This document shows positions 63,676-64,000 of a stretch of 64,000 nt of DNA, in pieces (positions within the stretch are counted from its first letter, which is position 1; each line of letters opens with the position of its first letter). Both the position numbers and the translations under genes were made by a program. The notes under the pieces are model-generated. The model did not search any database, was not told where the DNA came from, and saw only the letters and a program-made list of their open reading frames with translations. Where the stretch lies: NCBI GenBank assembly GCA_025362075.1, contig JANYIL010000258.1, forward strand, positions 547 to 64,546, read 5' to 3'. Origin of the DNA: Chloracidobacterium sp. (GTDB lineage: Bacteria > Acidobacteriota > Blastocatellia > Pyrinomonadales > Pyrinomonadaceae).

Positions 63676-63796
63676 TACTCCCGGAAACTCTTTGCAACAT
63701 TATGTTCCGCCGTAACGTCAAAATCAAATTTTCCGCGCAATCGGAGCACTGCGGTAGTTTCTAATCCTGTGGTGCTGGGCAGAAATGGGAAGGGGG

Positions 63797-63895
63797 GCTC
63801 GGCGTTTCTCGGCGTCCTCCTCAAGCGGCCTCTGCGTTCAAGCCCTGGTAAACGCAGAGGCCGCAGAGATTTTCGAGAGAGGACGCGGAGGAGAT
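63797..63895. repeat. REP-like intergenic element, copy 4 (inverted orientation)
   Basis: cctcaagcggcctctgcgttcaagccctggtaaacgcagaggccgcagag. The flank is the reverse complement of the ggccgcttgagg flank of copies 2 and 3. Confidence 0.8.
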
Positions 63896-63907
63896 TACTT
63901 TCTCCAG

Positions 63908-64000
63908 CTATTCCAGCCCGATAAAATCGACATTCGCGAGGTCGCCGGTCGGCACGACCGTCTGGGATTGATAGCGAAAACGCCGTGACGAAATTCGCAT
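63908..64000 (-). CDS. 3' end of a fourth gene encoding the conserved GLE C-terminal domain (5' part outside window)
   Basis: The reverse translation ends ...RRFRYQSQTVVPTGDLANVDFIGLE*. Confidence 0.7.
   Translation of the reverse strand: MRISSRRFRYQSQTVVPTGDLANVDFIGLE

Noticed and set aside
1-64000. A scan for rRNA genes, CRISPR arrays, additional tRNAs and intact IS elements or transposases.
   Set aside because: None was found. The only tRNA-like sequences are tRNA-Thr at 50543-50618 and its partial copy at 19578-19632. All repeat families seen are short palindromic intergenic elements without spacers or transposase genes.

Overview
This is a 64-kb window of high-GC chromosomal DNA. It is most plausibly from an acidobacterium, an inference from the gene families present: carboxypeptidase-regulatory-domain TonB-type receptor, VWFA secreted protein, delta-60-repeat and TPR-tail proteins. 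I saw no rRNA, no CRISPR array, and no intact integrase or transposase.

Layout:
1. 1-8.2 kb: a tightly packed co-directional operon. It holds an ABC-2 exporter, an internally duplicated MGDG-synthase-like glycosyltransferase, a NodB deacetylase, a HAD phosphatase, a class-III aminotransferase and a CapK/PaaK-like adenylate-forming ligase. A TonB-type outer-membrane protein and malQ follow. malQ is bracketed by two copies of a REP-like element.
2. 12.7-16.7 kb: a conflict-island-like patch. It contains higB-higA followed by an AEP primase-polymerase fused to a HAD phosphatase, a DUF433/DUF5615 toxin-antitoxin pair, and a stand-alone ATP-dependent DNA ligase. A CHASE2 histidine kinase comes next.
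3. 19.5-50.6 kb: a ~31-kb segment bounded by ~120-bp direct repeats, each made of the 3' half of tRNA-Thr(CGU) plus its terminator. It carries a three-module NRPS line. One of its two genes is an in-frame fusion of a Wzx-type flippase to A-T-C-A-T. Also present are a PAP2 phosphatase, a beta-propeller lipoprotein and an Sfp-type PPTase. These are convergent with a Wzy/priming-transferase/Wza/kinase-like/GumC/GT4 exopolysaccharide operon that has no separate Wzx. The right end holds decayed mobile-element remnants: a RepA-like ATPase, an excisionase-like HTH, a CDF transporter fragment and iteron-like repeats.
4. 50.6-64 kb: the intact tRNA-Thr and an XRE/ImmA pair, then a cluster of secreted proteins. 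At least four of these share an ~85-aa C-terminal domain ending in GLE-COOH. Two tandem paralogues in this cluster are each followed by hairpin-rich MITE-like elements.

The strongest novelty candidates are the Wzx::NRPS/EPS hybrid locus, the PrimPol::HAD plus ligase module, and the shared C-terminal domain. All functional calls rest on motif recognition by eye. No database search was run. Repeat coordinates are approximate to within about 2 nt.
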